A stretch of DNA of 64,000 nt, taken from NCBI GenBank assembly GCA_964106915.2, contig OZ066914.1; one strand, given 5' to 3'. Made by a program: the position numbers and the translations under genes. Positions within the stretch are counted from its first letter, which is position 1. Each line of letters opens with the position of its first letter. The stretch comes from Podarcis gaigeae. Taxonomy: Eukaryota. Of the stretch, positions 12,676 to 24,600 are shown in pieces. The notes under the pieces were generated by a model. The model did no database searches and was not told where the DNA came from. It was given only the letters and a program-made list of their open reading frames with translations.

Positions 12676-15600
12676 TTGTAAATACAAGCACAAGCTCCAC
12701 TCGCACCTCCCCCCCCAAAAAAGGATGGAGAGACAAAGGCAGAGCAAAGGTCATGCACAAACCTTCCCCACAAAGAGGAGCCACAGGTTCACATGCCAGA
12801 AAAGGGAAGGCCAGCACCAAAGGTTTTGCTGAATGAGAGAGATGTTTTTCTCTTGCATCAAGGAAAACAAGCAGAGAGCTTCTCTACTTGACCACGCAGC
12901 ATTTAAGCTTGGAATCAGAACTTCAAAGGCGCCTCCCCTCCACTGCCCCTGCAGCCGCGTAATTCTATGATGGGGGCAACGTGGACCAAGTCTCTGCTCA
13001 AGACATGCTAGTACTATTGGTAAGGAATGAAGGCTCATAAATTCACACAATGCAGTTTTCTCTATCTGCTTGAGAAGCAGCCTGGGCTCCCAGCATATGC
13101 CTTATTAAAGTAGGTAGGCATGTTGAAACTTATGGCACGATGGTAGCCAGCCTGCGTTGTACCCGTGGCAAATGCAGGAAGCCATATTAAGAGAGGGTCA
13201 CCAACGCAGACGTGTGTTCTGGCTCAGAAATGCAAACCCTGCTGGCTGGAGGGCCAGAGCCCATTTCTATGAGCAGGGGAAAAGGGGCATTCTTACTTCA
13301 CACAGTGAAAAAGCCCTACAAGCTTCAGTATGCTGGCCAGTCTCAAAATTTCACCTTCCTCTCTCACCTTGGTCCTCTTTTTCCCATTTCCATGGCTGCT
13401 CAAGTTCTGCTTCCAGCTAAAGTCACTTTTGCTTGGGTTGCATCCTGATTCCTGAACCATTGGCGAAAGGTTAGGGGAGCAAGCGAGTTGCCAAGAATTG
13501 GCTATAAAACAACTTCACGCAGTTGGCAAAGGGTTTTTATTGCTTGTCTGAAATGCTCCAATGCTTTTATAGCTCCATTAGCATCGACTTCGGTCAGGTG
13601 AACTCACAAGCCCCAGGAGCTTTTGGCTTCATGGCATGAAGCATCCCCACTGGCTGGGCTTATTGTTCAGCTTCGGGTCACAATAACCGGCTGGCAGAAA
13701 GGCATCTCAACTGGCCAGAGAATACATGTTTGCTTCTAGTCTGCCGCTGGCCAGCTCCTGGGAGCACTGGGACCAAGGGACAGTCTCAATTCCTTCTCCA
13801 TCAAGAAGGAATTCTGGCACAGAGACGAAAGTGCATTTTGTGCATTGTACTCTAAGGTGCCCAGACTCTCTGACATCAAGCGATACTCCACTCGCATATG
13901 GGGGGCAGAAGTTTACCCTACTGCTGTGGAGCTGCTCATTTGTATGCCTTTCCTGCTATGGTATCCCTCCCATACAGGAGCCTTAATAGTCTACAGCTGG
14001 GAGAGAGGGAGAAGTCTACAGTGAGACTGTCCTTGCAGTGACCTCAGGGAGTAGAAAGAGGGGAAATGAGACATTCTTGCCCCTCATTTCAAGATAGAAA
14101 AAACAACACTGGCAGCAGAAGAGATAAATTTAACTCTTTACAAAGCTGTTGAGTTAAATGCTCCAGCCCAAGCCCAGATCTACCTTCCGATTCAAATGCA
14201 CATTATGTCTTTTCTTCCTTGGCTCAAAAGGTAAGCATCCTAGCTTTGTATTCTCCATTCTCCATTCTCAGGGTCAATTTACATGTTTTGCAGAATCTAT
14301 CAGTGAAGGTCCCTCCACCCCACTGCTCTGCCCCAAAGTAAATCTACACTGCAGGACTTCATGTTGCAAATGATAGAAGTACTGTGTGCATTTGTTTATT
14401 TACATTTCCCCCTCCAGAATAGAATATCTCCCTATACATAGAAAACTAGCACATCAGGGAGTCAACTAACCTCTGCTATTTTCCTTGGGACGCTATTGCT
14501 CTATGTCTAAGAAGTGTTTGCTTTGTTGTTGCTGCTGTTGCATATAATGGCCTGAAGCAATACATATCCATGGGAGACTTCACCTGCCAAGCACAGAGGC
14601 TTCTCCCTAAGGTTTTGCTCTAGCCATTCCCAGCAAGCTCCTAGCTCAAGCTCTTACCTGCAGATCAGTTTTCATCAGTGAAGCCCCAGCCTCCACAATG
14701 TAATGGCAGATGGTACGCTGGCGGAGGGCTGCAGCCTGGTGCAAAACGGTCTCACCGCTGGAAGGAGAAGCGAATACAATGGGGGATCAGCATCAACAAC
14801 AACCACGCTTAACCTACCTGCTCCAAAGAGCCAAGGGCTCCAAAAGAGGGCCTGGATGGAGCCAGTTCATTGCATTAATCTCTGCCTGGGCTTAATGAGA
14901 CCAAGAGGTGGGCAGAGTGCCATGCAAGGAGGTGGGGATGTTGGCTTCACCAGGCCCAGCCATTTTCTCTCAGAGGGCTGGGGTGTCAGGGAGAGACATC
15001 CTGGCCACCCCTCAGCCCTTCTCCCATCTTGATGTGAGCAATCATTCAGCCCGGACACTGAGGTCTATCTCTGAGGGCCTTCTGGCGGCTCCTTCCCTGA
15101 GAGAAGTGAGGTTACAGGGAACCAGGCAGAGGGCCTTCTCGGTAGTGGCGCCCGCCTTGTGGAACGCCCTCCCACCAGATGTCAAGGAAATAAACAACTG
15201 TCTGACTTTTAGAAGACATTTGAAGGCAGCCTTGTTTAGGGAAGTTTTTAATGTTTGATATTTTATTGCTATGATGATGATGATGATGGGAGCTGCCTGG
15301 AGTGGCTGGGGAAACTCAGCCAGATGGGTGGGGTATGTAAAAACAGCCAGCCTTCTGCCTCCTTCAGCAGCAGGCACTTATTGCTAGTAACAGAACACTA
15401 AAAACCAAAACAGAGCTTACTTTTCTTCTTCTGCAACATCCAGGATCTCTACAGGAGCTGGGGAGGAAGAGACAAAAGCAAAGCAATGAAGCCAGCCTGC
15501 CTGACATGAGCCACGCCATTCCTTATTCATTCCGTTGCAGATGGGAGAGCAGAGCCGACTCTCCCACTACGGCCTGGCAGAGCCTCGATGTAGGAGTTGG

Positions 15601-18600
15601 GGCTGCACATTTTTTTCATGGACATCAAAAGCCTTTGTGAAAATCAACCCCACATCTGTTTTCCTATGTGAACAAACTTTTTAATCTCCTTCAGCCATAA
15701 ATTATATAGCACTCCGAATGAGCAGTGTTTACAGAACTTTTTTGCATTCACTCCACCACAGCCCTTAAAAGATGCCATTATTTGCGGTCTAAATGTGAGA
15801 GAGGGCTTTTAAATCTTGATTTTGGAAGATTTGGGGGGAGAGGGAGAGGGAAGCCAGCAAGGTGACCTGGGGTAGGATCCCAGGCTACCTATGGCATATG
15901 AGAGGGACTGCTGCTGGTGCTGGTGGTGATGAGAGCTAGAGTGAAAACCAGGCAGGTAAGCAGGCCAGATGTGAATCAGAGACATGCGTGTGTGTTGGTG
16001 TGTATGCAGATGCAGTATTTTTCATCCCAGTGGAAGGACTCCTTCCTTTCTAATGAATGGCTACTGAGGTTCTTCTAAGTGCAAACCCATTTTGGAAGAA
16101 AATACCTCACTATTTTCACCCCCCCCCCCCCCGTTTTTGCACACAGCCACTCTCAATTCCTTGGTGGGGTCAAAACTGTAGTACAACGTTCTTGGTGCAA
16201 CCCAGTGTACCACTTACTATAGTGACAATTAAGGAGAGCATCGTTGATCCCATTTTACAGATGGAAAGCTGAGGCTGAAGTAATAGTGACTTTGCACAAG
16301 GTCATACAGTGCACTCAGAGTTAAAGATGAGAACCTATGTGAAAATTCACAACCTTTAATTCCTGGACTGCACCGATATTTGATTCTAACACTCACAGCC
16401 ATCCTATGAAACTAACACAACAAAACAACCCAGTGCCTTTTCTGGTCTGGCTTACCATTTTCAATTATGTATTTGACAATCTCCTTGCTCCCTGATTTGA
16501 CGGCATGATGTAGAACAGTTTGGCCTGTCTGATCGCGCATCATCAAATCCCTGCCAGCCTTGTGCAGTTCTTTGAACTGCGGGAAGAAAGAACAACTTGA
16601 GATGAGCTAGACTCTTGTGAGGCAGGTTTTAAATCGAGGTGACTTTCACAAAAGGTTAAAAACAACCCAGCAAAGATCAAGAGCAATTCATTATTATTTT
16701 TTTAAAAAAGTTAACACCTGAAGACCACTCAGAAAGGCTGTTGTGCCAGGCAAAAGCATTAAAACAAGGCTTTTCCAAACAGGTATATGCTAATCCTCCT
16801 TTTAAAAGGTAGTAGTAAGTAGTGAGCATAACCAGTGCTACGATGGCCTACCCTTGTCACCAATATAAAACTCTTCTCATACTATGGGCATATGGAGAAA
16901 GCTGGGATAGCTCAGTTGATAGAACATGAGACTCTTAATCTCAGGGTTGAGGGTTCGAGCCCCACATTGGGTTACAGATTCCTGGCCTGCATTGCAGGGC
17001 GTCGGAGTAGATTACCCTTTTTGGTCCCTTCCAACTCTACAATTCTGTGATCTCTTTGTAAAACAAGGTAAACACAGACTCACATAGGTGCATAATTATG
17101 CACAGTAGTAAGTTTAGAAGGAAGAGAAAAATGTAATTTTTATTTTGAAAAAACCAGCACATGGTGAGAAATCACTCACTCTTCTTTGGTTACTTGCTCC
17201 TATAAAATGTACCTTATGGGGTTAAAACAGACACATCACCACTGAAAAGTCACTAATAAAGGAATCCCATGGTTGACTCTGTCTATTGCCAAGGCCATTG
17301 AATTAAAAAAAAAAAAATACTTCCAAACTCTGAATCTGACATGAATGAAACAGAATATAGCAAGAGCCCTACTGGATGAAACTAAAAAGACTGTCTAGCC
17401 TAGCATCCCATTCCCACTGGCCAACCTGAAGCTTACATGCAGGACAGAAGTGCAATTGCCTTCTCCTGCTGTTATTCCTCAGCAACCAGCACACTGCATC
17501 TGATTCTGGAGATAGTATGCAGCAGTCATGCCTAGTAGACACTGATAGCTTTATTCCCCATTAATTTGTCTAATTCACTTTCAGCCATCCATGTTGGTGG
17601 TCATCACCACATCTTGTGGTAGTGAGAAGCACTGCAGAGCATCACACTTCAGAGTGAAATTTCTCTCTATGCAAAACATTGTCCTGGTTTGCACATAATG
17701 CTAAACGGTGGTTTATTAGACCATGGCTTATCATTACATGTGAACCCATCCCACTAACTGTGGTTTGTTTGTTATGGTTAAAAGTCGCTCATTAACCATG
17801 GTTTGTAGTTGGTTTAGAAATCTTTGTTAACATTAACTATAGCTTCATATTATTATGAACCCGGACCTCCTACTTCACTATAGTTGAGGAGCCATCACTG
17901 CGGCAAAGTTAGAGCCATGAGTGAAGAGCGGCAAAGTATTCAAGCAGCTCTCAAGGCTCCACTTCTCTTACTACTGCTGTTAACTATTCTTTGATGAAAT
18001 AAACCAAGCTTCAAGTGAGAAGTCTGCCAGAAACCCCAGCTGTAAGTATGGCTTCTTATTTATTAGATTTATTGCCCACTCCTCAACATGACGTCTCATA
18101 AAAGATTACACAAATACAAAATACAAATTGAAAACAGATTAAAAAAAACAACAAGCAAACCATGGTTTAGTGTTATGTGCAAACCAGGCAATGGTGTTAA
18201 ATAATCCAGAATTCAATCAGAATAGGTACCAGGAGTACAATCTGATATATGTTTCCTAGCGGGGGTCACTATGGGTATGTGTCTACGTTGTGAGACTGCC
18301 AACGTAGTTCAAAAGGAGGAGCAAGTTGTCTCTACGCAGAAGTAACCCCATGCCAATCTCACTCCTGACTGCAGTAGGGATGGGTGTGGGATCCTATGCA
18401 GATCCTATGCAGTGAGGATCCTATAAGGAACATTCAAAATGGTACTGATCTTCATGCGCACATCATCTCGGCAGTCTGATCAGATAACTAAGCACCAGTG
18501 TTTTTAAGCTACCAAGGTGTGTTTGTGGTATCCTGACAGGCATAGAAGGTTCCCTCAGTAGGATGTTCACTGGGCACAGGAAAATAATCATTAAAAAAGC

Positions 18601-21600
18601 CTGCATTGCCGGAAGTTATCCACTGGTGATGGCTAACAAGCAGGTCGTTATCAAAAAGCTAGATGGCGCTACCAGGCGGTTGCAGTAATAGCATCATCAT
18701 TGTATCTGACCCTAGTCAGAGATAGGGAGACAATGCCATGGCAAAGGTTACCAGAACCTCCCTAGCTCTGCAGCTTAGTTTTTAGCACATGGTAGCTGTT
18801 ACCTTGTGGAAATCGTTATTCTTGGCAGCATCTATCAAAGCATCATCTGCAAGAAGGAGACACAGGTTCAGGGTTACAAAACCAAGCAGGAGGGCAGGGA
18901 GAAGGTAGAGTGAGGGTCAGAGTGGGCAGACTGGCCAAAGAGTCAGCAACTGGAAGGACTCCCACCATGTGAGCTGGGGGCTAATGAAGAAAAGGTCATG
19001 CTCATTACCCAGGGACCTCAAGGGAGATTGCCTGTGACTTTTATCTGCCCACTAAGATGTCTGGACAGTAAAAGGCAGTGGTGTACCGCTGCCAAACATC
19101 CTCTACACCTCTAGACTTTTCTGACCTCCAGTTGGGGCTGTCTGGAGTCTGGGAGAAGGAAGGACAAGAGTGGAACAGAGAGACCACAACCCAGAGTGGT
19201 GATACTTAGCATAAACTCAAAACGATTTATGTTAATTCAGCATTTGTTGAGTATGCATTATCTCATTTTACTGTTTGGCTTTCCCCCTATTGCTGCTCTC
19301 CTCTTAGTTACAAAGAGCGTTTGTGCTTGTGAATGCGTGTGCACAAACACATGACAGTGTATTTGCATTTGAGAGGGAGAGATGACATGTGCATGTCTTG
19401 TGGACCATCACTGAATTTGATCTGCCACAGAGTGCCATGAAGGTACTGAGCAACTGAGAGAATGAGAGGGATCTCGGGAGTTTGGAAGGCACCAAAAGTT
19501 GCCGTGAGGGCCCAGGCATGCATCAAGGAGGGCTCACAGCTCCATAAAACCCACTGATGAATAGAAGGAACAAATAATGAAGGGAAGTCAGAGGGGTATT
19601 GGGGTGGGGAGTGGGAGAGGCAAGACAACGCAGTGATGTATGGAAGGAAAGAAACATTCCAGCAGAGGGGAGGACAATTTGTCAAAGATAACTTGAAACC
19701 CGCAGGCCAATGAACAGCGAGCACGAAGAGGTGAAGGAGAAAGGGTGAGTGGAGGAGGGGGAAAGCAGGTGTCCCCGAGGGGAAGGCGTTTGGGGATGCC
19801 TCTCCATCAGTGACTCACTTACACTTCCAGGAATTAAGCTCTATTCAAGCTCCAGGAAAACATTTTCCATTTGCTCAACCGAGAGAGGCCCCTGAACTTT
19901 GCTCGCACATCCTCACTGGTGCCTGGCAGAGACTAACCCTGCTCCCCAGCCATGAATCCCAAATCTCTACAGGTGGGAGATTAACTCTGCACCACGATGT
20001 TATTTCCTGACAGATTTTACAAATGAGGTGAAGAAGGAAGGTGGCTTGTTAAGTCAACGGGTGTCAGGTCTCGCCCAGCTAGTCATTCCTGCAGCTGCTC
20101 CCCGGAAGGAATTCCCTGGTCGGGGCATCTCTGCAGCACTCAATCCATACTGCAGCAGGGATGAAGGTACTAAGGAACCAATCACCCTGCACGCCAATGC
20201 ACACGGAAGTTCTCGGCCAAATCCGTCCCAAGTTGTACTGAAAAAAATCTTTCATTCCATCCTAACCTTTTGAGGCCTCACCTTTCTGTGCAAGCACAAT
20301 TGCGACACACACACACACACCCTCTATCAATATGCATATTTAGATATGCACATTGAACTGATGCTTCCCAGGATTAGGTCATAAAGTTCCAACATCAACT
20401 CCCTCAATCACTGGATAGTAGCCCCATATACCCTGAGCTGAAAAAATGTTTATTTTGACTAGGAATGGCTACCAAAGCAGCTACCATGTTCCAAAAAAGC
20501 TCCTCTAACCACCAGAACTCAATTTGTCCTGGAGGACCGGCTCCCACCCTTCCCAATAGTAGAGAAGCCATGGCATGGCACAACGTTGTGTGAACATTCT
20601 GGACTAATGTGGAGAACAGTCTGTGTGAGTAAAATCTAGAAGGGCATATTAAAATGCTACATGGAAAACCATCTGCAGCATTTCACTGAAAGTGATGCTG
20701 TGTTTTACAGAAGTTAAATGTAACGTTAGACCAGGGGGTGGGGGACTGGGAGGCATGAAAATGGAGCACACAAAATTACAGGTTAGCATTCAATAATTGA
20801 GATAAGAAGGAGATATGCTGAAGGAGCACACTAAAAGTAAAACAGTCTCACCTTTGAGGGAATTGCAGCTCCCCATTTCTGAGCTGGGAAAAAAAAAAGA
20901 GAAAATCAAAGCTAAGAGACTAGGTCCTCTCCATCTGCTCAGCTCACCAAGAACTCTTTACCTGTCTAATTTGAAAGGGCCAATTAGCTGTGCTATATCA
21001 GGGATTCAGATTTATATTCTGCTTTGCTCCATATGATAGATCCAGATGAAGGAAGCGCAGAACTGAGGTATATAGCAGGGAATTCACATCCTAGCCATCT
21101 TAGTCCTGTTCCTCTTTTTGTACCAGCTGTGTTTTCATCTGCCTCCCTTTCCAGTATCAGCATAGCAGTCACGCTGCAACCCTGACTTTGTATGCCATAA
21201 GATCTATCGGCCACATGATCCTGAGTCAACTTCCATCCTACGAAGATTAAAACAGATGAACTAATCGACAGCTCATCCTAGCACATCAATGCCAATGGTG
21301 TAAGACTCCCTATGCCAAAGCATTCTCCCCACCTTCACATTGAAACAGAAAGCAAACAGAAGAGGAATAACGACTGCCTGAAGGTTGAACTCTCATTCTC
21401 CGACCTGCACCCATCCTTAAGCTATTCTTCCTTGGGGTCCTTCCCTCAACCTCGCCTGGTCTTTCTTACCTCCAGGCACTAAGCAGACAGCCTCACCTGG
21501 AGACTGGTGTGGATGTTGGTGAACCTGGGAGAGCAACGTTTTGCCTTATCGGTGTTGAGGGCACATCAACAAGGTCAGGCATGGCAGGAGATGTGCCCAC

Positions 21601-24600
21601 TGTCTGGGTGCGCACCAATTCTGGGTCCAACACAAAAAGCTCATCCTGAGAGATCTCTGTCACATAGTTGAGATGTTCCTGAGAAAGTACAAGTCAATCA
21701 TTTTATGGATAGGATTTCTTCATGGTAAACAGTTATTAAAGAAGGGGTCTCTGTGTGTATTTTAAGATAATATGCAATGTGGATTTTCAAGATGAGAGTT
21801 CAGCAATTTGAACAAAATCCTGGGAAATTTGTTTTTTTCCTTAAAAGAAAGCAAGCAAGATTTCAATTTTGTTGGTCATGGGAACAGGACTGGAGATATA
21901 AGAAAATTTGCCTCCATAAATTTAGAAAAAACATAAAGGATACAGAATCCAAAGTGGAATTTTGGCAATCTGTTTATATAATATATATTCTCTCCAACTC
22001 TGATCTCTGCTTATCCAACAGATTCAGTTCTATTTTCCTAGTCCCCAGAAAAAAAGAGAAAAACCCACACAAAGCGACAGTTACAAATTCTACAATGAAA
22101 ATTATACTGAAAATTGGAAATTTGTGCACCAATTTATTTCTATTGAAGAATTGTAGCTATTTTGTTTCAGAATTTTAAACATAACAAACTCCAGATCTCG
22201 TGGCCACAACTGTGAATCATGCATTATATGGTTTACAGATGTAATACACTAGCACTACAGGGAAACTATGTAATGTCACTGGGGACAAATAAATAATCAC
22301 TTTTATTTCAGGTCTAATGTATGTACTAGCCTTTCCAAACCTCCCTAGTTTCCTGGGCATTATTCTCTAGTGACACGCCACCCTAAATATTTATTTTTGG
22401 ATGCACAGAAAATGAAAATATCTGACCTCAAGACTGAATCCCTTTATTAAATAAATATAATGGCAGGGGCCTGTGATATTCTGAAGGAAATGAAAACCAA
22501 GTTGCAAACAGCAATGTATTCCATGGACAGCATGCAGGCAGACAGTCTCAGATTCCACAGTCTCTTGGGAACAAACTGGAACTCACCTGGGCACGGTCTA
22601 TTCTGTAAAACCGATCGGCTGTAGTTGCTACAAGAGAGGAAGAGAAGGACACGGAGTGTTTAGCGTCTATATATAGCCCCAGTGTATTCAAAGAAATTCA
22701 CGTAACATCTTAGCAACCCTTACAATAACTGTGTGATATAGATCCAATATTAGCTCTGCACCTGGACTATGAGGGTGATAAAGCAGAGGATGGTTATAAA
22801 TCAGAGATTAATAGCATGCTTAAGGACACCTAGTGAGTTCTCACCTGAGGGGAGATTTGAACCAGAGACAATCCCTGATTTATAGCTCGGTCTCTTACAT
22901 TACAATCCTATATATGTCTACTCAGAAGACAGTTTCAAAAGGGCTTACTACTGGGTAAGTTAGTATAGAACTGCAACCTTAGTCACTCTCAAATTTGGGT
23001 TAGTGGAACTAACTAGAGAGAGGAGAGGAAAAGCAGAACTAGTTCATGAATTATACTTGATGCATATCAAGCATGTCAGTTGTAAAAGGGAGGTATATAT
23101 GACACAACAGCAAAATATTCCAAAGTGGCAGAGTGCTATTGTACTTTGTTCAGCTTGCCAGACAGTTGTCTCCCCCATCCCTTGTGGGCCAGGTGGGGGA
23201 GACAGGTGGGCATACCTATCAATCACCTGAGACCTTTTGTTTCTGCATGTGGGGGTCTTCAGTCTCCACCCCTCAAAGCACTATCTTGCCCAGAGCAATG
23301 CTTTACAATCTTTACTGTGGCTCCCTTTGAGAAAACAATTCATGGCTTCAGTGAATGCCCACTGCCCTTTAGGATGGCAGGTTTAGCAACATTCCAACTC
23401 AAAAATACCTAGTGGGAATCCAGGATTATTTTAATTTTTTGTTTCTTTTTGTATGACTGTTGTTTGATGAAATATGCCCAAATGATTTGCGTCTCTTCAT
23501 GTATTTCTATATGTACTGAATTGTGGGGGGCAACGGCCTTGAGCAGTAAATGGTTATCTTCCTCACAGCTTTGAAAGGGGTTTCTGAAGATCTGATAATC
23601 AGCTGATTGTCAGATCTTACAAACAACAACAACCTTCCAAGTGCTATCTTGCTCAGTCCTTTGAAATAAGCTTTGCAGTCGCAACCAATAAGTTGTTTAG
23701 TTACTGGGCTTGCAGGTTTCTCACCCCTGCTGTAAGCCCTCCAGATCTTATCAAGGAGGGCCATGAATGCTTGTTGTTACCAGGACCATTTGTGGTGACT
23801 ATGCTGCAAGCTGGCAGGCAGCGATCCAAAAGACACTTGTAAGAATGGAACAGCTGCATTTCACATAGTACGGACAACAACAGAAGACAACTTTCCAAAA
23901 TGCAGCTGCTGAATCTTCATCACAGAAATACTACCTTGAGGGAACACGAGCAAATGAGCGACAACCTTGCATTTACTTTGCTATAATCAGATCATTTGGC
24001 AAGGGCCTCCCATTGGAGCAGCAGTGGCCTTGAGCATCAAAGGACCAGCTAAACAAAATATATGCAGACAGGATGTTACCACGAACAACAGATAGAAAGG
24101 CAATTAAAGGGGGTCCCCCCTTTAATTTTTTTGTGCCACCAGAGGTAAAGAGTACTTTTTTGTATGCTGAGCAGCAGAGGGAAGCTTCCCAAATCTGCTT
24201 TGCAGCTGCTGTGGGACTTCCCTGTGCATTTGGATGATCTCCTTGCAGGTGTGGGAACTCTTGCCCTTCGCAACACAATGATCCACATTTAAGAAGTCGC
24301 CATGGGAGTTTGCGTATCTTCCATATTGTGAGGATACACAATACATTTATTTAAAGGGTACACACCGAGTCAACAAGATAGCTTCTAAGTTCTGAACTTG
24401 GTACTGGCAAAATTGACTTCCTAGCCAATATATAGATCTATCTCTGTTTGGGTAGCTTAACTACTTCTTTTCTCATGCACTCTGGTTGGATCAATAGACA
24501 GATGGAGCAAGTAGATAGGATTATCCAAACCACAGTATTGCCAATCCTTCTCGTCACAGAGCACCTGTCAGATGCTTTAAAAAATCACATTGGCAGAGCA

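Noticed and set aside
11020-14657. DR5 retinoic-acid response element for midkine
   Set aside because: Only isolated RGKTCA half-sites were found, with no properly spaced direct repeat
16901-16973. tRNA-Lys(CTT) gene
   Set aside because: Acceptor and D/T stems are mutated and it runs into a CR1-type tail, so it is a SINE head
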